Assembly (NCBI GenBank): GCA_951406725.2 | Contig: OX597823.1 | Location: forward strand, 47,678,001 to 47,742,000 | DNA length: 64,000 nucleotides | Direction of reading: 5' to 3' | Source of the DNA: Octopus vulgaris | Taxonomy: Eukaryota | Shown here: piece by piece, positions 10,646-22,473 of the stretch | Layout: each line of letters starts with the position of its first letter | Numbering within the stretch: the stretch's first letter is position 1 | Made by a program: the position numbers and the translations under genes | The notes under the pieces: generated by a model | Databases searched by the model: none | Told to the model about the DNA's origin: nothing | Seen by the model: only the letters and a program-made list of their open reading frames with translations

Positions 10646-11974
10646 ATGAGCCGCCTCCATCAAGCGGAGGAGATGGAAGGGAGAATTTACTCTGAAATTT
10701 CGACGGAAGTATCGACATCTGAGGAGGAGTTGGCGGTGAAAAAGATGGAAGGCACCTACGCAGGTGTAACGAAGAAGTCAACGGAAAGAGAGATAGACTT
10801 GGCTAAGTTGGCGGGCCTCCAGGAATTTGTGAAGGAGGACGAGAACGGTGAAGTTGAGCTGCTGCATCCAGTAGGGTGCGGAGACTGGTTCCATCGTAGA
10901 ACCATTAAATATAAAGTATTTATGAATGGAGGTAGAAAGATGGAAGTAATTAACATGGAAGCAATTGAAGAGGCTCTTAAGCAGACGGGAGAGGAAATTG
11001 TGTACATGACGAAAGGATTACAATACGGAACCATAACGGTGCAATTTAAAAGTGAAAAAGCAGCCAGGAATGTAGCAGCCAAGGTGGTGAGTACAGAAAA
11101 GATTTACTTGTTACCCTCGTATCTGAATAGGCGGACAACTAGAATTAGGGTGGAGGGAATACCTCCACACCTAGAGGGCGAAGTAATAACGGCTGCGGTT
11201 ATAAAAGGAAATGAGGATAAGGTGGACATCCTCCACGCCAGTATGAAGTATGAAGGCGTGAGAGGTGCCACACTGGTTATGAACATTCAAACGGAGGCGG
11301 ATGTTATAGAGAAGATTACGGACAGCATAAAGACTGGAAATATTATTATGAGAGTGTGGGTGGAGGGTAGGGCGCCCAGGTGCTACAAGTGTGGCCAAAG
11401 GGGTCACATAAGAGCCTACTGCCCTCCCCCACCAAAGGAAAAAGAAAAGGAAAGCGTTGAGGAAGCCTCGGGAGAGGAAGAAAATAAACAGAAACAAACA
11501 GAGAAGGAAACGACAGAAGAAGAGGAGACGCAACAAGAGTGGAAAGAAGCGGGAACAAAGAGAAAAAGAAGGAAAAAGAAAAACTGTGCGAAGCCCCAAC
11601 CCACCCCGACACCACCCATACCCTTGGAGTCCCATCCTTCCCCTGCAAACAGTAATTCCACCCACTCCCCGCCTACAAGAAAAATAAAAACAGACACACA
11701 GAGCAAAGAAAGTCCCAAGACCCATTTTTTATTTGTTATACATGGGAAAGACATACAAAACGTTAAAAAACTGGTGTTAACCAAGTGGTACGAACACGAA
11801 GATTGGAGCTACACGGTTGTGGATAGTGATGATACGGGTATATTGGCGACAAGGTTAGAGGAAGAGGGTGTGTGTTGGAAGTCAGTGAAAATGAAAGATG
11901 AATGGAGAGAGAGGGCTAAAAGAAAAACGAATGTTGTGATAGGTGAAACAGGAATACAAATTGGAAATGGGTGA
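10646..11974 (+). CDS. Family A ORF1-like protein, 442 aa (unit 7)
   Basis: Intact copy. Confidence 0.85.
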   Translation: MSRLHQAEEMEGRIYSEISTEVSTSEEELAVKKMEGTYAGVTKKSTEREIDLAKLAGLQEFVKEDENGEVELLHPVGCGDWFHRRTIKYKVFMNGGRKMEVINMEAIEEALKQTGEEIVYMTKGLQYGTITVQFKSEKAARNVAAKVVSTEKIYLLPSYLNRRTTRIRVEGIPPHLEGEVITAAVIKGNEDKVDILHASMKYEGVRGATLVMNIQTEADVIEKITDSIKTGNIIMRVWVEGRAPRCYKCGQRGHIRAYCPPPPKEKEKESVEEASGEEENKQKQTEKETTEEEETQQEWKEAGTKRKRRKKKNCAKPQPTPTPPIPLESHPSPANSNSTHSPPTRKIKTDTQSKESPKTHFLFVIHGKDIQNVKKLVLTKWYEHEDWSYTVVDSDDTGILATRLEEEGVCWKSVKMKDEWRERAKRKTNVVIGETGIQIGNG

Positions 11975-12320
11975 AGAAGGACAGACAAGTGATGCTGGCG
12001 GATGGGGCCGTCGGTATCACTCTCATATATCATTTTTCATATTCCATTTTGCTCATATATATGTAATTGTGATGTTCCATGTCCCCATGTCTTGTAATGT
12101 CCCCCTCTTCGTTGGCCCCTTGTGGGTAATAAAAAATCACGTGGTTTTTTCGGCTCTGTGTTTTTTGCTCTCTGTGAAATTCGGTAAAAAGAAAAAAGAA
12201 CAAAAAGTGAATGGTTGTTGGTGTAAAATTTTGAACATAGTTAATGCGGTTTCGCGTCTCACTGGTTCTGCGCGTTACACTTTTTCGGTTCGGGAGGCCG
12301 TTTCTCGGCCGGAGGCGACT

Positions 12321-13650
12321 ATGAGCCGCCTCCATCAAGCGGAGGAGATGGAAGGGAGAATTTACTCTGAAATTTCGACGGAAGTATCGACATCTGAGGA
12401 GGAGTTGGCGGTGAAAAAGATGGAAGGCACCTACGCAGGTGTAACGAAGAAGTCAACGGAAAGAGAGATAGATTTGGCTAAGTTGGCGGGCCTCCAGGAA
12501 TTTGTGAAGGAGGACGAGAACGGTGAAGTTGAGCTGCTGCATCCAGTAGGGTGCGGAGACTGGTTCCATCGTAGAACCATTAAATATAAAGTATTTATGA
12601 ATGGAGGTAGAAAGATGGAAGTAATTAACATGGAAGCAATTGAAGAGGCTCTTAAGCAGACGGGAGAGGAAATTGAGTACATGACGAAAGGATTACAATA
12701 CGGAACCATAACGGTGCAATTTAAAAGTGAAAAAGCAGCCAGGAATGTGGCAGCCAAGGTGGTGAGTACAGAAAAGATTTACTTGTTACCCTCGTATCTG
12801 AATAGGCGGACAACTAGAATTAGGGTGGAGGGAATACCTCCACACCTAGAGGGCGAAGTAATAACGGCTGCGGTTATAAAAGGAAATGAGGATAAGGTGG
12901 ACATCCTCCACGCCAGTATGAAGTATGAAGGCGTGAGAGGTGCCACACTGGTTATGAACATTCAAACGGAGGCGGATGTTATAGAGAAGATTACGGACAG
13001 CATAAAGACTGGAAATATTATTATGAGAGTGTGGGTGGAGGGTAGGGCGCCCAGGTGCTACAAGTGTGGCCAAAGGGGTCACATAAGAGCCTACTGCCCT
13101 CCCCCACCAAAGGAAAAAAGAAAAGGAAAGCGTTGAGGAAGCCTCGGGAGAGGAAGAAAATAAACAGAAACAAACAGAGAAGGAAACGACAGAAGAAGAG
13201 GAGATGCAACAAGAGTGGAAAGAAGCGGGAACAAAGAGAAAAAGAAGGAAAAAGAAAAACTGTGCGAAGCCCCAACCCACCCCGACACCACCCATACCCT
13301 TGGAGTCCCATCCTTCCCCTGCAAACAGTAATTCCACCCACTCCCCGCCTACAAGAAAAATAAAAACAGACACACAGAGCAAAGAAAGTCCCAAGACCCA
13401 TTTTTTATTTGTTATACATGGGAAAGACATACAAAACGTTAAAAAACTGGTGTTAACCAAGTGGTACGAACACGAAGATTGGAGCTACACGGTTGTGGAT
13501 AGTGATGATACGGGTATATTGGCGACAAGGTTAGAGGAAGAGGGTGTGTGTTGGAAGTCAGTGAAAATGAAAGATGAATGGATAGAGAGGGCTAAAAGAA
13601 AAACGAATGTTGTGATAGGTGAAACAGGAATACAAATTGGAAATGGGTGA
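12321..13650 (+). pseudogene. Family A ORF1-like copy with +1 frameshift (unit 8)
   Basis: Extra A in the run at ~13114-13119; may be a sequencing homopolymer error. Confidence 0.7.
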
Positions 13651-13978
13651 AGAAGGACAGACAAGTGATGCTGGCGGATGGGGCCGTCGGTATCACTCTC
13701 ATATATCATTTTTCATATTCCATTTTGCTCATATATATGTAATTGTGATGTTCCATGTCCCCATGTCTTGTAATGTCCCCCTCTTCGTTGGCCCCTTGTG
13801 GGTAATAAAGAATCACGTGGTTTTTTCGGCTCCTGAAAATTCGGTAAAAAAGAACAAAAAGCGTTGTTGTTGTTGTGGAAATTCTGAACGGCGTTGACGC
13901 GGTTTCGCGTTTCGCTCGTTCAGCGCGTTACACTTTTTCTGTTTTGGCGGCCGTTTTCGGTCTGTCAGACAGAAGGAG

Positions 13979-15393
13979 ATGGACTATGAGTCTCTAACAG
14001 ACTTGTCCACGACAGATGAGGAACTGGAACAGGCAATTGCAGTGAAGCTGATGGAGGAAAAGGCTGGAGTTTTTGAGTCTTTATCAGACTTGCCTATGTC
14101 TGAGAAGGAGCTAGAAATGGCAGCAAGGAAATTGGAAGACAAGCTGAGTTATACCTATGCCGGTGTAACCAAGAAGGCGGAAGAGAAAGGGGTCGACATG
14201 GCCAAGTTGCCAAGTTACCAGAAATACATGAAAAAGGAAAGCGGTGAGGTGGAACTATCACCGACACCCAGGAGAAAAGAATGGTATGATAAGAGGACCA
14301 TTGTTTACAGGGTGTGCGCAAACGAAAGGAAGAGGGTAGAAGTTGTATCCATGGAATGGATAGAGGAAGCCCTGCGAAGAACTGAGGAGGAAATAAATTT
14401 TCTGACTCGAGGATCCAAGTACGGGACCGTAGTTGTGCACTTTAAAAGTGAATCTGCAGCGAGGAAGATGGCAGCGAAGGCGGTGAAGTCGGAAAAGGTA
14501 ACACTGTTACCTACGTATTTAAACAGGAGGATTACACGAATAAGGGTGGAGGGAGTGCCACCAAACGTGGAGGCAGAATGGATTGTGGCGGCTGTGATCA
14601 GCGGCCACGAGGACGAAGTGGATATTCTCCATGCCTCGGTTAAGTCCGAGGGCTGGAGAGGCGTAACAGTGGAGCTGAACGTACAGGCAGAGACCGAGGT
14701 ACTGGTGGACCTGACGGAAAGCATCAGACTGGGAGAAGTGATCATGAGAGTGTGGGTGGAGGGCAGGGCTCCACGTTGTTACAAGTGTGGCCTGAGGGGT
14801 CACATAAGAGCCTTCTGCCCTCCCCCAGGGAAAGAAACGGATTCCGAACCAGAGAGAGAGAGCAGAAACCAGAGGAGAAGGAAACTGAGGAAGAGAATAC
14901 ACAGAAATGGAAGGAAGCTGGAAGTAAGAGGAAGAGAAGAATTCATGGAAAAGAAAATAATATGGAACTCCAATCTACCCCAAAACCACCCACACCCTCT
15001 GAGTCCCACCCTATCCATGCAGACATTGAACCCACCCGCTCCCCCCCAACAAGAAAACAAAAGAAAAAAAAGAATACACATACACAAGAGATTGAAATCG
15101 AGCCCAGGCCGTACATTTGTACTGTGACTGAACGGAGAGAAGTTGAAAGTCTAATGGAGGAGTATAAATGGTATGATGTTGGAGAGACTAGGTATGCTGT
15201 GATTGAAAGGAAGAACATAGGTGAGTTTGTGGGGAGGTGTGAAGGGGAGGATTGGGAGGTGAAAGATGTAAGAATGAGCGATGAATTCGTGGAAGGTGTG
15301 AATGAGTGTTTCGGAGTAGGAATGGATATGGAATTTATTCGTATTGACAAAGAACATTCAAGTGACTATGAAAAACAAAGGACAGGTAAGTGA
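13979..15393 (+). pseudogene. Family B ORF1-like copy (MDYESL...) with -1 frameshift (unit 9)
   Basis: Knuckle CYKCGLRGHIRAFC; 1-nt loss at the end of the GA run ~14860 relative to intact unit 14. Confidence 0.75.
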
Positions 15394-15722
15394 TGCTGAC
15401 GGACGGGGCCGTTGGTATCACTTTCATTTTATCATTTTTCGTTTAACAATTCATGTTCATAAAGTTTAATTATAATGTTCTATGTCCCCATGTTTTGTAA
15501 TGTCCCCCTCTTCGTTGGCCCCTTGTGGGTAATAAAAAATCACGTTTTTTTTCGGCTCTGTGTTTTTTGCTCTCTGTGAAATTCGGTAAAAAGAAAAAAG
15601 AACAAAAAGTGAATGGTTGTTGGTGTAAAATTTTGAACATAGTTGATGAGGTTTCGCGTCTCACTGGTTCTGCGCGTTACACTTTTTCGGTTCGGGAGGC
15701 CGTTTCTCGGCCGGAGGCGACT

Positions 15723-17052
15723 ATGAGCCGCCTCCATCAAGCGGAGGAGATGGAAGGGAGAATTTACTCTGAAATTTCGACGGAAGTATCGACATCTGAG
15801 GAGGAGTTGGCGGTGAAAAAGATGGAAGGCACCTACGCAGGTGTAACGAAGAAGTCAACGGAAAGAGAGATAGACTTGGCTAAGTTGGCGGGCCTCCAGG
15901 AATTTGTGAAGGAGGACGAGAACGGTGAAGTTGAGCTGCTGCATCCAGTAGGGTGCGGAGACTGGTTCCATCGTAGAACCATTAAATATAAAGTATTTAT
16001 GAATGGAGGTAGAAAGATGGAAGTAATTAACATGGAAGCAATTGAAGAGGCTCTTAAGCAGACGGGAGAGGAAATTGTGTACATGACGAAAGGATTACAA
16101 TACGGAACCATAACGGTGCAATTTAAAAGTGAAAAAGCAGCCAGGAATGTAGCAGCCAAGGTGGTGAGTACAGAAAAGATTTACTTGTTACCCTCGTATC
16201 TGAATAGGCGGACAACTAGAATTAGGGTGGAGGGAATACCTCCACACCTAGAGGGCGAAGTAATAACGGCTGCGGTTATAAAAGGAAATGAGGATAAGGT
16301 GGACATCCTCCACGCCAGTATGAAGTATGAAGGCGTGAGAGGTGCCACACTGGTTATGAACATTCAAACGGAGGCGGATGTTATAGAGAAGATTACGGAC
16401 AGCATAAAGACTGGAAATATTATTATGAGAGTGTGGGTGGAGGGTAGGGCGCCCAGGTGCTACAAGTGTGGCCAAAGGGGTCACATAAGAGCCTACTGCC
16501 CTCCCCCACCAAAGGAAAAAGAAAAGGAAAGCGTTGAGGAAGCCTCGGGAGAGGAAGAAAATAAACAGAAACAAACAGAGAAGGAAACGACAGAAGAAGA
16601 GGAGATGCAACAAGAGTGGAAAGAAGCGGGAACAAAGAGAAAAAGAAGGAAAAAGAAAAACTGTGCGAAGCCCCAAACCACCCCGACACCACCCATACCC
16701 TTGGAGTCCCATCCTTCCCCTGCAAACAGTAATTCCACCCACTCCCCGCCTACAAGAAGAATAAAAACAGACACACAGAGCAAAGAAAGTCCCAAGACCC
16801 ATTTTTTATTTGTTATACATGGGAGAGACGTACAAAACGTTAAAAAAACTGGTGTTAACCAAGTGGTACGAACACGAAGATTGGAGCTACACGGCTGTGG
16901 ATGGTGATGATACGGGTATATTGGCGACAAGGTTAGAGGAAGAGGGTGTGTGTTGGAAGTCAGTGGAAATGAAAGATGAATGGATAGAGAGGGCTACAAG
17001 AAAAACGAATGTTGTGATGGTTAAAACAGGAATACTAATTGAAAATGGGTGA
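15723..17052 (+). pseudogene. Family A ORF1-like copy with +1 frameshift (unit 10)
   Basis: Extra A in the run at ~16842-16848. Confidence 0.7.
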
Positions 17053-17379
17053 AGAAGGACAGATAAGTGATGCTGGCGGATGGGGCCGTCGGTATCGCTC
17101 TCATATATCATTTTCATATTCCATTTTGCTCATATATATGTAATTGTGATGTTCCATGTCCCCATGTCTTGTAATGTCCCCCTCTTCGTTGGCCCCTTGT
17201 GGGTAATAAAAAATCACGTGGTTTTTTCGGCTCCTGAAAATTCGGTAAAAAAGAACAAAAAGCGTTGTTGTTGTTGTGGAAATTCTGAACGGCGTTGACG
17301 CGGTTTCGCGTTTCGCTCGTTCAGCGCGTTACACTTTTTCTGTTTTGGCGGCCGTTTTCGGTCTGTCAGACAGAAGGAG

Positions 17380-18794
17380 ATGGACTATGAGTCTCTAACA
17401 GACTTGTCCACGACAGATGAGGAACTGGAACAGGCAATTGCAGTGAAGCTGATGGAGGAAAAGGCTGGAGTTTTTGAGTCTTTATCAGACTTGCCTATGT
17501 CTGAGAAGGAGCTAGAAATGGCAGCAAGGAAATTGGAAGACAAGCTGAGTTATACCTATGCCGGTGTAACCAAGAAGGCGGAAGAGAAAGGGGTCGACAT
17601 GGCCAAGTTGCCAAGTTACCAGAAATACATGAAAAAGGAAAGCGGTGAGGTGGAACTATCACCGACACCCAGGAGAAAAGAATGGTATGATAAGAGGACC
17701 ATTGTTTACAGGGTGTGCGCAAACGAAAGGAAGAGGGTAGAAGTTGTATCCATGGAATGGATAGAGGAAGCCCTGCGAAGAACTGAGGAGGAAATAAATT
17801 TTCTGACTCGAGGATCCAAGTACGGGACCGTAGTTGTGCACTTTAAAAGTGAATCTGCAGCGAGGAAGATGGCAGCGAAGGCGGTGAAGTCGGAAAAGGT
17901 AACACTGTTACCTACGTATTTAAACAGGAGGATTACACGAATAAGGGTGGAGGGAGTGCCACCAAACGTGGAGGCAGAATGGATTGTGGCGGCTGTGATC
18001 AGCGGCCACGAGGACGAAGTGGATATTCTCCATGCCTCGGTTAAGTCCGAGGGCTGGAGAGGCGTAACAGTGGAGCTGAACGTACAGGCAGAGACCGAGG
18101 TACTGGTGGACCTGACGGAAAGCATCAGACTGGGAGAAGTGATCATGAGAGTGTGGGTGGAGGGCAGGGCTCCACGTTGTTACAAGTGTGGCCTGAGGGG
18201 TCACATAAGAGCCTTCTGCCCTCCCCCAGGGAAAGAAACGGATTCCGAACCAGAGAGAGAGAAGCAGAAACCAGAGGAGAAGGAAACAGAGGAAGAGAAT
18301 ACACAGAAATGGAAGGAAGCTGGAAGTAAGAGGAAGAGAAGAATTCATGGAAAAGAAAATAATATGGAACTCCAATCTACCCCAAAACCACCCACACCCT
18401 CTGAGTCCCACCCTATCCATGCAGACATTGAACCCACCCGCTCCCCCCAACAAGAAAACAAAAGAAAAAAAAGAATACACATACACAAGAGATTGAAATC
18501 GAACCCAGGCCGTACATTTGTACTATGACTGAACAGAAAGAAGTTAAAAGTCTAATGGAAGAGTATAAATGGTATGATGTTGGAGAGACTAGGTATGCTG
18601 TGATTGAAAAGAAGAACATAGGTGAGTTTATGGGGAGGTGTGAAAGGGAGAATTGGGAGGTGAAAGATATAAGAATGAGCGATGAATTCGTGGAAAATAT
18701 GGATGAGTATTTCGGAGTAAGAATGGATATGGAATTTATTCGTATTGACAAAGAACATTCAAGTGACTATGAACAACAAAGGACAGGTAAGTGA
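17380..18794 (+). pseudogene. Family B ORF1-like copy with -1 frameshift (unit 11)
   Basis: One C missing in the C-run at ~18443-18448. Confidence 0.75.
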
Positions 18795-19108
18795 TGCTGA
18801 CGGACGGGGCCGTTGGTATCACTTTCATTTTATCATTTTTCGTTTAACAATTCATGTTCATAAAGTTTAATTATAATGTTCTATGTCCCCATGTTTTGTA
18901 ATGTCCCCCTCTTCGTTGGCCCCTTGTGGGTAATAAAAAATCACGTGTTTTTTTGCTCTCTGTGAAATTCGGTTAAAAGAAAAAAGAACAAAAGGTGAAT
19001 GGTTGTTGTTGTAAAATTTTGAACATAGTTGATGCGGTTTCGAGTCTCACTGGTTCTGCGCGTTACACTTTTTCGGTTCGGGAGGCCGTTTTTCGGCCGG
19101 AGGCGACT

Positions 19109-20481
19109 ATGAGCCGCCTCCATCAAGCGGAGGAGATGGAAGGGAGAATTTACTCTGAAATTTCGACAGAAGTATCGACATCTGAGGAGGAGTTGGTGGT
19201 GAAAAAGATGGAAGGCACCTACGCAGGTGTAACGAAGAAGTCAACGGAAAGAGAGATAGACCTGGCGAAGTTGGCGGGCCTCCAGGAGTTTGTGAAGGAG
19301 GACGAGAACGGTGAAGTTGAGCTGCTGCATCCAGTAGGGTGCGGAGACTGGTTCCATCGTAGAACCATTAAATATAAAGTATTTATGAATGGAGGTAGAA
19401 AGATGGAAGTAATTAACATGGAAGCAATTGAAGAGGCTCTCAAGCAGACAGGAGAGGAAATTGTGTACATGACAAAAGGATTACAATACGGAACCATAAC
19501 GGTGCAATTTAAAAGTGAAAAAGCAGCCAGGAATGTAGCAGCCAAGGTGGTGAGTACAGAAAAGATTTACTTGTTACCCTCGTATCTGAATAGGCGGACA
19601 ACAAGAATTAGGGTGGAGGGAATACCTCCACACCTAGAGGGCGAATTAATAACGGCTGCGGTTATAAAAGGAAATGAAGATAAAGTGGACATCCTCCACG
19701 CCATTATGAAGTATGAAGGCGTGAGAGGTGCCACACTAGTTATGAACATTCAAACGGAGGCGGATGTTATAGAGAGGATTACGGACAGCATAAAAACTGG
19801 AAATATTATTATGAGAGTGTGGGTGGAGGGTAGGGCGCCCAGGTGCTACAAGTGTGGCCAAAGGGGTCACATAAGAGCCTACTGCCCTCCCCCACCAAAG
19901 GAAAAAGAAAAGGAAAGCGTTGAGGAAGCCTCAGGAGAGGAAGAAAATAAACAGAAACAAACAGAGAGGGAAACGACAGAAGAAGAGGAGATGCAACAAG
20001 AGTGGAAAGAAGGGGGAACAAAGAGAAAAAGAAAGAAAAAGAAAACTGTGCGAAGCCCCAACCCACCCCAACACCACCCGCACCCTCTGAATCCCACCCT
20101 TCCCCTACAGACAGTGAACCCACCCGCTCCCCTCCAACAAGAAAACAAAAGAAAAATAATAATACAGACAGACAAGAGTTTGAAAACGAACCCAGGCCGA
20201 ACATTTATATTGTGACTGAACAGAAAGAGGTTGAAAGGGTAATGGAGGAGTATGAATGGTATGAAATGGATGGGACCAGATATGCAGTGCTGGAAAAGAA
20301 GAATATAGATGAGTTTGTGTTGAGGTGTGAAAGGGAGAATTGGGAGGTGAAAGATACAAGAATGAGCGATGAATTCGTGGAATATATGGAGGACAGTTTC
20401 GGAGTAAGAATGGATATGGATGGTCTTCGTATTGGGAATGAACATTCAGGTGACAGTGAAAACAAAAGGACAGGTAAGTGA
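19109..20481 (+). pseudogene. Chimeric ORF1-like copy: A-type N-terminus, B-like C-terminal domain, one frameshift (unit 12)
   Basis: MSRLHQ... up to the basic tract, then ...SEPTRSPPTRKQKK...EPRPNIYIVTEQ...; frameshift in the A-rich run at ~20030-20045. Confidence 0.75.
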
Positions 20482-20793
20482 TGCTGGCGGAGGGGGCCGT
20501 TAGCATCGCTTTCATATATCATTTTCAAAATTCATTTTACTCATATCTATGTAATTGTGATGTTCTATGTCCCCAATGTTTGTAACGTCCCCTCTATGTA
20601 GCCCCTAGTGGGTAATAAAGAATCAGGTCGTGTTTTTTTGCTCTCTGTGAAATTCGGTAAAAAGAAAAAAGAACAAAAGGTGAATGGTTGTTGTTGTAAA
20701 ATTTTGAACATAGTTGATGCGGTTTCGAGTCTCACTGGTTCTGCGCGTTACACTTTTTCGGTTCGGGAGGCCGTTTTTCGGCCGGAGGCGACT

Positions 20794-22167
20794 ATGAGCC
20801 GCCTCCATCAAGCGGAGGAGATGGAAGGGAGAATTTACTCTGAAATTTCGACAGAAGTATCGACATCTGAGGAGGAGTTGGTGGTGAAAAAGATGGAAGG
20901 CACCTACGCAGGTGTAACGAAGAAGTCAACGGAAAGAGAGATAGACCTGGCGAAGTTGGCGGGCCTCCAGGAGTTTGTGAAGGAGGACGAGAACGGTGAA
21001 GTTGAGCTGCTGCATCCAGTAGGGTGCGGAGACTGGTTCCATCGTAGAACCATTAAATATAAAGTATTTATGAATGGAGGTAGAAAGATGGAAGTAATTA
21101 ACATGGAAGCAATTGAAGAGGCTCTCAAGCAGACAGGAGAGGAAATTGTGTACATGACAAAAGGATTACAATACGGAACCATAACGGTGCAATTTAAAAG
21201 TGAAAAAGCAGCCAGGAATGTAGCAGCCAAGGTGGTGAGTACAGAAAAGATTTACTTGTTACCCTCGTATCTGAATAGGCGGACAACCAGAATTAGGGTG
21301 GAGGGAATACCTCCACACCTAGAGGGCGAATTAATAACGGCTGCGGTTATAAAAGGAAATGAAGATAAAGTGGACATCCTCCACGCCATTATGAAGTATG
21401 AAGGCGTGAGAGGTGCCACACTAGTTATGAACATTCAAACGGAGGCGGATGTTATAGAGAGGATTACGGACAGCATAAAAACTGGAAATATTATTATGAG
21501 AGTGTGGGTGGAGGGTAGGGCGCCCAGGTGCTACAAGTGTGGCCAAAGGGGTCACATAAGAGCCTACTGCCCTCCCCCACCAAAGGAAAAAGAAAAGGAA
21601 AGCGTTGAGGAGGCCTCAGGAGAGGAAGAAAATAAACAGAAACAAACAGAGAAGGAAACGACAGAAGAAGAGGAGATGCAACAAGAGTGGAAAGAAGGGG
21701 GAACAAAGAGAAAAAGAAAAAAAAAGAAAAACTGTGCGAAGCCCCAACCCACCCCAACACCACCCGCACCCTCTGAATCCCACCCTTCCCCTACAGACAG
21801 TGAACCCACCCGCTCCCCTCCAACAAGAAAACAAAAGAAAAATACAGACAGACAAGAGTTTGAAAATGAACCCAGGCCGAACATTTATATTGTGACCGAA
21901 CAGAAAGAGGTTGAAAGGGTAATGGAGGAGTATGAATGGTATGAAATGGATGGGACCAGATATGCAGTGCTGGAAAAGAAGAATATAGATGAGTTTATGT
22001 TGAGGTGTGAAAGGGAGAATTGGGAGGTGAAAGATATAAGAATGAGCGATGAATTCGTGGAATATATGGAGGACAGTTTCGGAGTAAGAATGGATATGGA
22101 TGGTCTTCGTATTGGGAATGAACATTCAGGTGACAGTGAAAACAAAAGGTCGGGTAAGTGGTGCTAG
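20794..22167 (+). CDS. Chimeric A/B ORF1-like protein, 457 aa, intact (unit 13)
   Basis: Open frame from ATG 20794; A-type core with B-like C-terminal domain. Confidence 0.85.
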   Translation: MSRLHQAEEMEGRIYSEISTEVSTSEEELVVKKMEGTYAGVTKKSTEREIDLAKLAGLQEFVKEDENGEVELLHPVGCGDWFHRRTIKYKVFMNGGRKMEVINMEAIEEALKQTGEEIVYMTKGLQYGTITVQFKSEKAARNVAAKVVSTEKIYLLPSYLNRRTTRIRVEGIPPHLEGELITAAVIKGNEDKVDILHAIMKYEGVRGATLVMNIQTEADVIERITDSIKTGNIIMRVWVEGRAPRCYKCGQRGHIRAYCPPPPKEKEKESVEEASGEEENKQKQTEKETTEEEEMQQEWKEGGTKRKRKKKKNCAKPQPTPTPPAPSESHPSPTDSEPTRSPPTRKQKKNTDRQEFENEPRPNIYIVTEQKEVERVMEEYEWYEMDGTRYAVLEKKNIDEFMLRCERENWEVKDIRMSDEFVEYMEDSFGVRMDMDGLRIGNEHSGDSENKRSGKWC

Positions 22168-22473
22168 CGGATGGGGCCGTTGGCACCGCTTTCATATATC
22201 ATTTTCAAAATTCATTTTACTCATATCTATGTAATTGTGATGTTCTATGTCCCCAATGTTTGTAACGTCCCCTCTATGTAGCCCCTAGTGGGTAATAAAG
22301 AATCAGGTCGTGTTTTTTTGCGCTTTGTAAAATTCGGTTAAAAAAGAACAAAAAGCGTTGTTGTTGTTGTGGAAATTCTGAACGGCGTTGACGCGGTTTC
22401 GCGTTTCGCTCGTTCAGCGCGTTACACTTTTTCTGTTTTGGCGGCCGTTTTCGGTCTGTCAGACAGAAAGGAA

